DNA from: Octopus vulgaris
Lineage: Eukaryota
Assembly (NCBI GenBank): GCA_951406725.2
Contig: OX597821.1
Span: 111,290,001-111,354,000, forward strand
Reading direction: 5' to 3'
DNA length: 64,000 bases
Positions 51,619 to 64,000 of this stretch are shown here, piece after piece; the first letter of the stretch is position 1; each line of letters begins with the position of its first letter. A program made the position numbers and the translations under genes. The notes under the pieces were generated by a model. The model saw only the letters and a list, made by a program, of their open reading frames with translations. It did no database searches and had not been told where the DNA came from.

Positions 51619-51697
51619 ATATAATATTTTACTATAAAATTGGATTCAATCCTAAATCTGATTTTTCCCTGTAACATTGGATTTATTCCCTAATATT

Positions 51698-51761
<64 letters not shown>

Positions 51762-51882
51762 ATATATATGTATATGTATATGTATATGTATATGAATATA
51801 CATATATATATATACATATACATATACATATATCTATATATATATGTATATATATGTATATATATATATGCATATATATATG

Positions 51883-52004
<122 letters not shown>

Positions 52005-52224
52005 CACACAATACTCAATCATATCGAAGGGAAATGGAAATTAATAGAAATTTTCACTTCCAGTGGCCTAGCGTGTAAAAATTTACCCCAAAGACTATGT
52101 ATTACTCATAAAATACAGTGAACATTTAAACACATTAGGAATCCACTCGCGGGATTCAAACAAGATGGTAAAAGTTTTTGTTTTTTCATTTCGTTCCTGT
52201 CGGATTCTATCCCTAATTTTGTGG

Positions 52225-52261
<37 letters not shown>

Positions 52262-52263
<2 letters not shown>

Positions 52264-53039
52264 TAATATTAGGGTAATAAGAATTATAGAAATTATTATT
52301 ATCAGTGGCCTAGCACACAAAAAAATAGTCAATAGACTATATATTATTCACATAAAAATATCGTGTACATTAGAACACATAAAGAGGTTTCCAAATATGA
52401 AAGCCTTGTGCTAGAAAGAGCAGTAGAAAACTCAAACCACTAATTATGGATAAATTCTCGAAAGGATTGAAAATTAAAAACGTTTACCACCAATTTTAGT
52501 TCCTAGACCATGGTTTCTAACTCGTTCCAGTAAAAAAATATCTACTGAGGCTAGTTTGCGTCAGTAGGGAGCCTTTAGATTTCAAATATACTCACAACTA
52601 GATTCGTATGTAAACTAGTTGCCTGTATATCCTAAGTTTTCAAAACAACCGCGTCGATGCAGTTTATTTCCGGCGACAGAGAGGATGCCGGTAAAATTCC
52701 GAACAAATCTATCAAAAAATATTTAAACATAATAAATAATATTAGGGTAATAAGAATTATAGAAATTATTATTACCAGTTGCCTAGCAGAAAAAAATAGT
52801 CAATAGACTATATATTATTCACATAAAAATATCGTGTGCATTAGAATACATAAAGAGGCTTCCAAATAGGAAAGCCTTGTGCTAGAAAGAGCAGTAGAAA
52901 ACTCAAACCACTAATTATGGATAAATTCCCGAAAAGATTGAAAATTAAAAACGTTTACCATCTAATTTAGTTCCTAGACCATGGTTTCTGACTAATTCCA
53001 GTAAAAACATATTTACTGAGGCTAGTCTTCGTCAGTAGG
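52262..53039 (-). mobile_element. ~472-bp-period tandem repeat with a hammerhead in each copy (retrozyme / tandem pLTR-like)
   Basis: Direct repeats 52262-52568 and 52735-53039; minus strand CCUA CUGACGA A GACUAG..UUAGUC A GAAA CCAUGG UC UAGG at 53039-52973; second motif at 52568-52502 (CUGACGC). Confidence 0.75.
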
Positions 53040-53344
53040 TAGCATTGTGAGCGGATTTGGTAGACGGAAACTGAAATGTATATATGTGTGTGTGTGTGTG
53101 TAACTGTTGGTGTGTTTACGTCCCCCGTAACTTAGCGGTTCGGCAAAAGAGACCGATAGAGAAAGTACTAGGCTTAGAAAGAATAAGTCCTGGTGTCGAT
53201 TTGCTCGATTAAAGGCGGTGCTCCAGCTTGGCCGCAGTCAAATGACTGAAACAAGCAAAAGAATAAAAGAATATCTATCCATCCGTCTGTCTGCCTGTCT
53301 GTCTGTCTGCCTGTATGTCTGTCTGTTTTCTGTCTGTCTGTCTG

Positions 53345-53409
<65 letters not shown>

Positions 53410-53547
53410 TTGTCTGTCTGTGTGTCCGTCCGTCCGTCCGTCCTTTATCCCTCCATCTGTCCGTCCGAATGCCTGTCTGTCTGTCTATCTGTCTGTTTTT
53501 CTGTCTGTCCGTCCGTCTTTCTGTCTGTCCTTCCGTCCGCCCGTCCG

Positions 53548-53635
<88 letters not shown>

Positions 53636-53733
53636 AGTTCTACCTTGTAACTTGTCCCATCTGTGTGCAGCCCTGTGTGGCCAATAAAGAAACTTCTCTC
53701 TCTCTCTTTCTCTCTCTTTATCTATCTATCTCT

Positions 53734-53786
<53 letters not shown>

Positions 53787-53851
53787 CATTTATCCATGTA
53801 TGTATGTATGTATGTATGTATGTATATATGTATGTATGTATGTATGTATGC

Positions 53852-53917
<66 letters not shown>

Positions 53918-54420
53918 TTATCTATCAGTGTGTGTGTGTGAGTGCAGACAAGCAGATAAATAGCTAGCTAGCTAGGTAGCTAGATAGATAGATATAACGT
54001 TATCAACGAAATGATTTCAATGTTAAGATTGATAAAATAGAATCGCATAGACTTATCAATCATGAATCAATGTTATTCACTAACTGTTACAGTGCTGTAC
54101 CATTATACAAAAACCATTAATCTTTCTACAGTCTTCATTCATAACTGGAAATAGAGGAACGAGCGCTAAGAATAAAAGAAATGAATGAAGTCTTCGAGAC
54201 TTTGGCTGTTACCATGATAGAATTTTGGTGCAGAATGGAGCCGTTGAAGAATTTATTGTGGATATCAGTGGAATTTATCAAATACAAGAGCTTGGTGCGT
54301 TACAATGACATCTTTGAATCCAAACAATGGCACTTTGGTTCTGTCTTTCATTGTGCTGCAAGTCACTACCGCCTAAAAGTAGCACAAACGACACACACAC
54401 ACACACACCCATACACACAC

Positions 54421-54462
<42 letters not shown>

Positions 54463-54558
54463 ACATACACGCACACAGACACGCACATACACGCACACAG
54501 ACACGCACACACACACACAAGCACACACACACACACGCACACACACACTCACACACAC

Positions 54559-54607
<49 letters not shown>

Positions 54608-54943
54608 TACACACTCACACGCACACACACACACAGACGCACACACACACACGCACACACACACACATACACGCACACAGACACGCACACAGACACTCAC
54701 ACACACATGCACACACACTCACACGCACACACACACACACACACACACGCACGCACACACACATGCATACACACGCATATACACCGATATGCACATATAT
54801 CTGTGTGTATATGCGTAAGCCGAATGGATGAGTTTCAATGCGGTTTATTTGACCTGCTAGAAAAAGCAGCTAAACAAAGTGGAAGGACTCATTAAATGAT
54901 ATGGATCATAGATATACATAAGATGGACATAGTTAACATGTCC

Positions 54944-55035
54944 GCCCGCATAGATCAGTCGGTAGAGCATCAGACCTTTATAGGTCTACATTAGAAGTAA
55001 TCTGAGGATCGCGGGTTCGGGTCTCTCTGCAGGCG
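54944..55035 (+). pseudogene. Intron-containing tRNA-Lys(TTT)-like gene, probably a pseudogene
   Basis: gcccgcatagatcagtcggtagagcatcagaccTTTa[19 nt]atctga..ggttcgggt..gcaggcg aligns to tRNA-Lys(UUU); mismatches in D, T and acceptor stems; C at position 33; T7 run at 55042. Confidence 0.7.
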
Positions 55036-55782
55036 TACGCATTTTTTTCGACGGTGGTGACCCAGCATGGCCGCAGCCTTCGGGCTGAAACATTTTAAAG
55101 GATTTAAGGCCTTTAATCGCTGGTTCGTTCGATGCCACAATACAATGCAAGGACACAATCACACGATGTGCGATGTGAAGGCTAACGGGTAGGTGTGAGT
55201 GTGGTTATTTGACCAGCTAGAAATAGAAGTTAAATTTTATCTGAAATCGGATTTTACTGTCTTAGATGATATAAAAAAAAAGCTCATGCGTGCACACACA
55301 AACACACACCTGTAGGCACATGCGCATGTCAACGTATGTGTGTGTGTGTGTGTGTGTGCGTACGAAGGCTTCCACGCAGTTTCCATCAACCAAATTCACT
55401 CACAAGACATTGGTTGGCCCGGGGCTATACTAGAAGACACTTGGCCAATGTACCGAGCAGCAGAATTGAACCCAAAACCACGAGGTTCAAAGCGAGCTTC
55501 TTAACACACACGTGGCTCCGAGATTATTCTTGAGAAAATAAAATGCGTTAATCTATTTGGCTTTGGATAAATGAAGATTTTTGCATGAAGAATTTCATCA
55601 CGGAGGTAACAGGTAATGCAGTGGAAATTTTCACGAAACTATCAAATAATAATAATAATAATAATAACAATAATAATAATAATAAGGGTTTTAAATTTTG
55701 CCACAAGGGTAGCAGTTTTGAGGGAGAGGATGAGTCGATTACCTCGATCTCAGTGTCTCACTGGTACTCATTTTATCGACTC

Positions 55783-55877
<95 letters not shown>

Positions 55878-56467
55878 GATGACGATGATTCGATTTATTT
55901 CCCACAAGGGCGAAATAACAACAACAACAACAACAAGAAACAGCTTTTAATTTTGACCTTACGAACGATTTTCTTGTTGACTCTCGGGTAATATGATTTC
56001 GACATTCACCGAAACGAGAAAGATATTTAAAAATTTTCCAGTATAAGAACTTTGGAGCGATAACGTAAATGACGGAAGTCGAGTCTTATCACGTTTCTGT
56101 AGAACAGACGTCTGAAATAATCCACAGTTAAAGGGAAAAGAATTCTTGAAGAAATCGGTAAATGGAAGAGGAAACGGCATTATTACGTCATCGGTTTAAA
56201 ATGTCTGTTGGTGGAAAATGGAATTAAAATAATTACAAAGAATGATTGATCATGACTTATAATGAGTTGGGTCATGGCATTTGCATTCTTGGAGTCTTCG
56301 TCACCCGGCAGAGTATCAGGAGTATGCCGACCCTTCCATTTCCTGCGTACATTTTTAAACAGGAAGATCTGGATGTAACACGACAAACTATACAAATTCT
56401 TGAAGGTTACGTAAACACATAGCACAATGCGTAACTGTACAGTCCTTATATATATTTATACGTATGT

Positions 56468-56852
56468 GGAGGCGCAATGGCCCAGTGGTTAAGGCAGCAG
56501 ACTCGCGGTCGTAGGATCGCGGTTTCGATTCCCAGACCGGGCGTTGTGAGTGTTTATTGAGCGAAAACACCTAAAAAAGCTCCACGAGGCTCTGGCAGGG
56601 ATGGTGGTGATCCCTGCTGTACTCTTTCACCACAACTTTCTCTCACTCTTACTTCCTGTTTCTGTTGTACCTGTATTTCAAAGGGCCGGCCTTGTCACTC
56701 TCTGTGTCACGCTGAATATCCCCGAGAACTGCGTTAAGGGTACACGTGTCTGTGGAGTGCTCAGCCACTTACACATTAATTTCACGAGCAGGCTGTTCCG
56801 TTGATTCGGATCAACCGGAACCCTCGTCGTCGTAACCGACGGAGTGCTTCCA
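56468..56852 (+). mobile_element. Full-length tRNA-derived SINE (~385 bp)
   Basis: ggaggcgcaatggcccagtggttaagg (A box) .. ggtttcgattccc (B box), followed by a non-tRNA body. Confidence 0.7.
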
Positions 56853-56860
56853 TTATACAT

Positions 56861-57146
56861 ATGTCATTGTTCAGTTTTATTTCAGGATTTCTTGCCAATA
56901 GAGAAAGAGCCGGTTTCTAACCTAGATTCAAGGCTCCTTCATTGGAATTTCAACATCAACAACAGGGTATTTTTGTTTGTTTGTTTGTATGTATGTCATT
57001 ATTCAATTATATTTCAAGATTTATTATCAACAGAAAGAGCTGGTTTCTAACCTAGACCCAAGACTCCTTTATTGGAATTTCAACATCAACAACAGGGTAT
57101 TTTTTTTATGTATGTATGTATGTATGTATGTATGTATGTATGTATG

Positions 57147-57177
<31 letters not shown>

Positions 57178-57264
57178 GTAGGTATGTATGTATGTATGTA
57201 TGTATGTATGTATGTATGTATGTGTGTATGTATTCTCATGCATATAGCTGCATATCTAGACATG

Positions 57265-57330
<66 letters not shown>

Positions 57331-57515
57331 TTCTGGAAAGTTTTACAGATTTTTACAGTTCCAGTGATAAATTCGATCTGTAGACTTCGAATCAGCTTTC
57401 TCCTTTCTGGTTTTGAGAAGCCTAATTTCTCAAGATTGGTATTTAGGCAGTGTGTTATATATCCCAGGACCCTAATAATTACAGGTATAAACCTAAACTT
57501 GTAATCTGGATATGT
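56861..57515 (-). mobile_element. RLE-type LINE 3' end with tandemly duplicated terminus
   Basis: YPDYKFRFIPVIIRVLGYITHCLNTNLEKLGF..LQIEFITGTVKICKTFQKF; ~115-bp segment repeated at 56861 and 56993; (TA)n/(TATG)n insertions. Confidence 0.6.
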
Positions 57516-57744
57516 ATGTATGTATGCATGTATGTATAGATGGATGGACGTGTATAGTTGCAGGCATAGCTGTGTGGTTAAGAATCTTGTTTTGTAACCA
57601 CGTAGTTTTGGGTTCACATCCCACTGCTGCACTGCATCTGGGACAAATGTTTTCTACATAGCTCCAGGTTAACCAATATCTTGTAACTGAATTTTGTAGA
57701 GGGAAACTGTGAGGAAGCTCATCGTATATACATACATCTGTTTG

Positions 57745-57817
<73 letters not shown>

Positions 57818-58043
57818 GAAATATTAAAATTACTAAGTCTCCCTAAAAGAGATTACGGCAGCGTTACTGGAAATTAATTGTTATCGCCATATTAATATGG
57901 CAGTCTTATAGATATAAGACTAAAAGCTGTCGCTGATTAGCTCCATGAGGTCATCGCCTTAAGATAGCTATTTGACACACAAACTGTGTCCATTATAACC
58001 TTCGAACAAGGGAGGTCAGCCACTTCACACTGCCAGTCAGACA

Positions 58044-58086
58044 GCTACAGACGCATTTCAGGGTATTTGCCCTTTGTCAATGTAGC
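58044..58086 (-). ncRNA. Hammerhead motif with U3-A8 core variant, in a (TA)n-flanked element (57815-58182)
   Basis: GCUACA UUGACAA AGGG caaaua CCCU GAAA UGCG UC UGUAGC. Confidence 0.6.
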
Positions 58087-58181
58087 GTAGTCGACCCAGC
58101 AGGTCTCGCCACTGATCGTCTCTCTTCGAAGGTTTTATTTACCTAGTTTCGGTGGAATACATCCACTTGTCTTCAATAATA

Positions 58182-58258
<77 letters not shown>

Positions 58259-58483
58259 CGTACATATATATATTCTTTTTACACTTTTTTATTCTTTTAC
58301 TTGTTTCAGTCATTTGACTGCGGCCATGCTGAAGCACCGCCTTTAGTCGAGCAAATCAACTCCAGAACTTATTCGTTGTAAGCCAAGTACTTATTCTATC
58401 GGTGTATTTTGCCGAACCACTAAGTTACGGGGACGTAAACACACCAGTATCGGTTTTCAAGCGATGTTAGGGGGACAAACAGA

Positions 58484-58545
<62 letters not shown>

Positions 58546-58714
58546 CATACATATATACGATGGGCTTCTTTCAGTTTCCGTCAACCAAACCCACTCACAA
58601 GGCTTTGGTCGGTCCGAGGCTATAGTAGAAGACGCCCAAGTTGCCACGTAGTGTGACTGAACCCGGAGCCATGTGGTTAGTAAGCAAGCTACTTATCATA
58701 CAACCACTCCTGCG

Positions 58715-58783
<69 letters not shown>

Positions 58784-59697
58784 ATACGTGTGTGTGCCTT
58801 TTTGTTTGCTTCTCACCACCTCTTGACAACCAGTAGCTGTTTGTTTGCGTCCACAAAACTTAGCGCTTTGGCAAAAGAAGCTGATAGAATAAGTAACGGT
58901 TCCGGGTTTAAGAAAAATAAGTACTAAAGTCGATTTGGTCAACTGCCCCAGTATTGTCGCAGTCTAATGACTGAAACAAGTAAAAGATAAAATATCTGGA
59001 TACAATTTCAAGTCCTACCCAGGGTACACCCCATTCTCTTTAAAATTAAATTAGGAATGCTTTGGGTTAATCAGTCCTAAATATACTGTACCTAGGAGAC
59101 AGAAAATGGTATGATCACAGCTGGAATATCTTTGATTGCAGGTCTACTGGATTAGAAGTGACCTGGGGTTAAACAGCTATTATAGCAACCGGCTTAAATG
59201 TAAGCAGATTGACATTGTGATGATGTAAAGGAACGGAGTTACACTACATCGACTTTGGAAAAATACGAACCAGCGATGCGTGATATATCGGCTACCACCC
59301 TATTGACTCAACCAGCTGCGTCTCTTTATTGTCATTAATCCTCTTTGTTGCCACGCATCTGATGAAATGTGTTTCAATTAATTTTTGAAAATAATCAAGA
59401 ATTTGGAAGAATTTAATAAAATGAATGATGTCATTGATTATGAAGACAGTGTTTGGGAAAGAATCTGAAAGAAAAAAATTCTTGTGATGAAAAGTTTTAA
59501 TATAAATACAAACTAGGTGAACGCAATTGAAATAGCAATAGATTAAAATAGCTATCCGTGTATCATAATTAACGTATAAATACCGTTGACAGGCAAGTTA
59601 CTGCGATTTTCGTCTGAGAAAATCTCTCCATAAACATACTGGCTATTTTAATTTAATGTTGTTTCAATTGCGTACATAGAGTTTTTATTCAGCTCAC

Positions 59698-60179
59698 CGG
59701 CTATTCGGAATATCAGTGAATCTACTATTTCCTTTATATCGGAGAGGACAGATTTCATCTGGGCTTGTTAATAGCGAGCATACGTCATTGAAAAGTCCTA
59801 AGAACGCCGAAATGTATCCGGTGTTTTCATGAATCACTGCTGCGTCAGTTTTTCGTCTCGTTCCGATATGATATAGTGTTTTTAACACATCATGACTATA
59901 AAGAGATTTATATCTCGGGCAAAAATCCATTACAACTGGCCTCTCAACGGTGTATATACGCTGAACATATACATAATATAGAGATGGCAATAAATATGAA
60001 CATTTTAAAACGAACAATTTTTGAATCCTAGAAGCTGAGACGATCTCGGGAAGGTTGATAACAAAATAACTAAAAGTTATAAAAACCGAGAGCAGTGAAT
60101 TGCTAAAAACTGTGGAGCCGTCGACAAAATGACGATGGATTGGGGGGAAAACCGGATCCATAGAAAAAGAAACAGTCAT
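59698..60179 (-). CDS. Candidate first coding exon of an uncharacterised, possibly secreted protein
   Basis: 161-codon ORF in non-repetitive sequence ending at a cg|gtgagc donor; hydrophobic stretch SLLSVFITFSYFVINLPEIVSA; four Cys; no homolog recognised. Confidence 0.4.
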
Positions 60180-62471
60180 TCCGTTTCCTCCAGCGACATT
60201 AACGATGACGTAAATGAAGTGGCGTCAACCAAGAAATTTAATCCAGTCCTAAGTTCAGCTTGTTATGAGACTTAACACTACTTTATAACACTTCTAAATA
60301 AGCAAAGCCATTTAATCCAATGATCTGTAAGGGCCTCATTTAAGAGCTTCAACTTCGTGTAATGGATTTACAACTAGTTCAGTCTTGTAGTAAATAACTG
60401 GTCGGAATGTTACCGTCGGTTTCGTGCTGACTTTTACAGCAAAGCAATATTAAAGGCCCTTTAAGACATGCTGGCCGAAATATTGGCATCAGATTTTGGT
60501 ACAAGACCTGCATTTCGGAGGAGGTATAAGTCAATTTCATCGACCCCATTGTTAAACTGGAGCTTATTAAGCTACAGCCACGGCAGGGTTCGAACTCTGC
60601 ACGGTAAGTTTCGGAAATTCTTGTTGATTATTGATTGTCCCAATGACTATAGGCTCAACCTGTACCACTTCAGTTATTTACAACTTGATGGACTGATCCA
60701 TTTTTAAAGTCAAGTATTTTACACATGGACACTGGGAGGGGGGTGTGTGAACCGCTAGTATTTCAACTGATATAGCGACTGATTCACTCACTCACTCACT
60801 CACTCACTTCCTGTACTCCTTCACTCCCTCCCTCCCTCCCTCGCTCAAAGATCATGCCATCGTGCATGCAAACACACTTAACACTAGACCATTCGCCTTT
60901 ACACACACACACACACACACACGTTTGCATGCTTGTATATATGTATGTCTATTTATATATCGTCGAACAATCCGTCCCTAGTTATGGCATGTACCGAGTC
61001 GGAATGTTACCATCGGTTTCGTGCCGATTATTGCAGGTAAGTAATATTGATGACCCTGTTGACATACTGGTCGAAATATTGGTCCCAGATTTGGCACAAG
61101 GTTACCATTTTCGGAGGAGGGAATGAGTGTCTAACTGGTACTTATTTTATTGACCCTGAAACAAATGAAAGGCACGGTCAACCTCGGCGGAATTTGAACT
61201 CAGATTGTAAAGACAGGCGAAATACCGCTAAGCATTTTACCCGGCGTGCTAACGATTCTGCCAGCTCGCCGCCTTTATGCTGGTCAAAATATTCTTTCTA
61301 GTCTAGGCACAAGGCCCTAAATTTTTGGATAGGGAGCCAGTCGATTAGATCGACCCTAGTACACAACTAGTACTTAATTTATCGACTCCGAAAGGATGAA
61401 AGGCAAAGCCGACCTCGGCGGAATTTGAACTCAAAACGTAACGTCAGGCGAAATACCTGTTTCTTTACTACCCACAAAGGGATAAACACAGAGAGGACAA
61501 ACAAGTTCAGACAAATGGATTAAGTCGATTATATCGACCCCAGTGCGTAACTGGTACTTATTTAATCGACCCCGAAAGGATGAAAGGCAAAGTCGATCTC
61601 GGCAGAATTTGAACTCAGAACGTAGCGGCAGACGAAATACCGCTTAGCATTTCGCCCGGCGTGCTAACGGTTCTGCCAGCTCGCCATCTGGCGAAATACC
61701 GTTAAATATTTCCTCCAGCGTGCTAACGATTCTGCCAGCTTGCCGCTTTATGCTGGCCGAAATATTCATTTCTTTATTGCCCACCGGGAGCTAAACATAG
61801 AAGGGACAAACAAAGACAGACAGAAGAATTAAGTCGATTACATCGACCTCATTGTGAAACTGGTACTTATTTAATCGACCCCGAAAGGATGAAAGGCAAA
61901 ATCGACGTCGGTGGAATTTGAACTCAGAAGTAAAGACAAACGAAATACCGCTAAGCATTTCGCCCGGTGTGCTAACGATTCTGCCAGCTCGCCGCCTTAT
62001 TCTGGCCGAAATATTGCCAAGAGTACTAGTTGGCGCAACTATATCAAAAATAACTGCTCTAATTCTCATTAGAACAAAACGGAATAACCAATGCAGTTAT
62101 TCAATTTTTGTGATGAAGAATATATTTTCTAGAATTTGAATTCTTTTACCGTATTTAATTTTTTTTTTTCACTTTTAATCTGCCGAAAATTCCTCCCAAA
62201 CATATCGGACCATTTCGTCAGATTATCCTACATCTATTTTATCCACACCCTTTCAAGGAATTCTTCAGATGAGTTTTCGTCATGTTTTCCCCTTCCTCCA
62301 CTTTTTTTTTTTACCATTTTTACTATTTATTTTTTTGATAAGGCATATTTGCTTTTTTAATTATCGGAGTTGATTATATTTTCGCGATTCAAGTGTTGTT
62401 GTTATATAATGATGAATTCATACAATTATTTTATGCTTCTTTGACGTGAGTCACTATTCTTCCTCACCCAT

Positions 62472-62514
<43 letters not shown>

Positions 62515-62680
62515 CACACTTACTCTCTCTCTTTCTCTCTCACTTTATTCCTCTCCTCTCTTAAAATGAAGTATTTTTCTTAAAAAAAAACACGTAGACA
62601 ATTTTAGAGATGAAATGATAAGTTTTCCTCATAAATTTACGGAATTATTATTGAAGTGTTATGAAAAAGTTAGTCACTTC

Positions 62681-62739
<59 letters not shown>

Positions 62740-63297
62740 ACCCTGATGCAGTACCAGGCAATGGCTCTCATAGCTTCCCATCTTAACTGATTGGAAGTGC
62801 TATAATGTACATTGTTTTGTCTTGGTATAAAAGACGGGTTACAACAAATATTCTGCTCAATACCACAGATTTGCTTGTCAGTTGTTTGACCTTAACCAGT
62901 TGAGAATGTCCCTTAGTGGCTGACGATATGTGCATCTCTGATCACGAGCAGAAGTAGTGGGGGAGCATCATAGCCATGTGTTGAGAGGAATTTTTGGGGG
63001 TTTGAAAAATTCACCTCTGGAAACATAGGTGTTTCGTTCAACATCCTTTAACAACCCTCATTCAGGGACCTTTTGAGCGGGATGGGTTACTCGACCAGAA
63101 GAAAATTCTAACTGAGCCCCACCTGCAAGGTCATGTGCTGTTTATCTTGATATGAGATTACCATGTTGCGCACATATGGTTGTGATGCATGTGCCTGGTG
63201 TATCCTTATCGGACGGGTAGTCATGATGGGTATACTGGGCTTCGTATATTTTACCCCAGTGTCACTTTTATGGCATGCACTACTCTCTCACTAACTC

Positions 63298-63391
<94 letters not shown>

Positions 63392-63392
<1 letters not shown>

Positions 63393-64000
63393 GCGCACAC
63401 ATCAACAAGAAGGTCGATACAGCTCGTAGGATGAGTTCCTGGATCTTAAGAACTTTCCGGTCCAGAGAACAAGGTGTCATCATACCACTTTTTTCATCCT
63501 TTGTACGGCCACACCTTGAATACTGCTGCCCACTGTGGTCTCCTCACACAAGACAAAACATCTCCAGAATTGAGTCACCCCAGAGGGCTCTCACTAAACA
63601 AATTGAAGGCATGGCTTCTCTCGACTATTGGGATCGCCTTAAAGCCTTGAAACTTTACTCCCTCCAGCGTCGCCGTGAGCGATACATCATTTGTACGATG
63701 TGGAAAATATACCGCCAACTTTGCCCAAACGACCTAAACATTAGCTTCAAGGTTCATCCGAGACTTGGACCACGGGCTATACGTCCCCTGCCAAATTCAA
63801 GATCACAACATACATGTACACTGCAACATAATTTCTTTTCCTCAACAGGCCCTGCCCTATTTAACATTGTCCCGAGGGAGATCAAAGAGGAAAAGGATCC
63901 CATCAACTTCAAACAGAGTCTGGATAGATTCCTTCAAAGAATACCAGACAAGCCACCCATAATTGGATACAACTCACCCAACAAGAACTCACTACTTGAA
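63392..64000 (+). mobile_element. 5'-truncated CR1-group LINE, C-terminal part of ORF2, open to the window end
   Basis: SAHINKKVDTARRMSSWILRTF..FVRPHLEYCCPLWSP..IESPQRALTK..YWDRLKALKLYSLQRRRER..FKQSLDRFL, no stops over ~203 codons. Confidence 0.88.

Noticed and set aside
62920-62960. CTGACGA core in the dispersed repeat
   Set aside because: No stem II closure with GAAA and no stem I partner

Overview
Eukaryotic, AT-rich, microsatellite- and SINE-laden genomic DNA. The repeat families look like those of Octopus (coleoid cephalopod); this is inferred, not verified. Bases 625-28535 (+) hold 15 coding exons of MCM7 (2070 nt, 689 aa plus stop). The N-terminal ~37 aa lie upstream of the window. 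One MCM7 intron (10560-12234) is a clear U12-type minor intron. The rest is repeat-dominated: three abundant SINE-like families, a TA-flanked mariner relic, R4/Dong-like, RTE, CR1, Gypsy and Penelope (GIY-YIG) fragments, a 67-bp minisatellite, a ~36-copy 101-bp satellite with higher-order structure, an intron-containing tRNA-Lys(TTT)-like sequence, and a possible orphan gene on the minus strand near 50-60 kb. The most striking signal is a dense set of minimal type I hammerhead ribozyme motifs from several unrelated repeat families, mostly with a palindromic stem III. These include a tRNA-headed SINE-like element with a hammerhead tail occurring as inverted dimers in MCM7 introns, and a retrozyme-like ~471-bp tandem repeat. 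All structures were read by eye; no alignments or folding computations were run.
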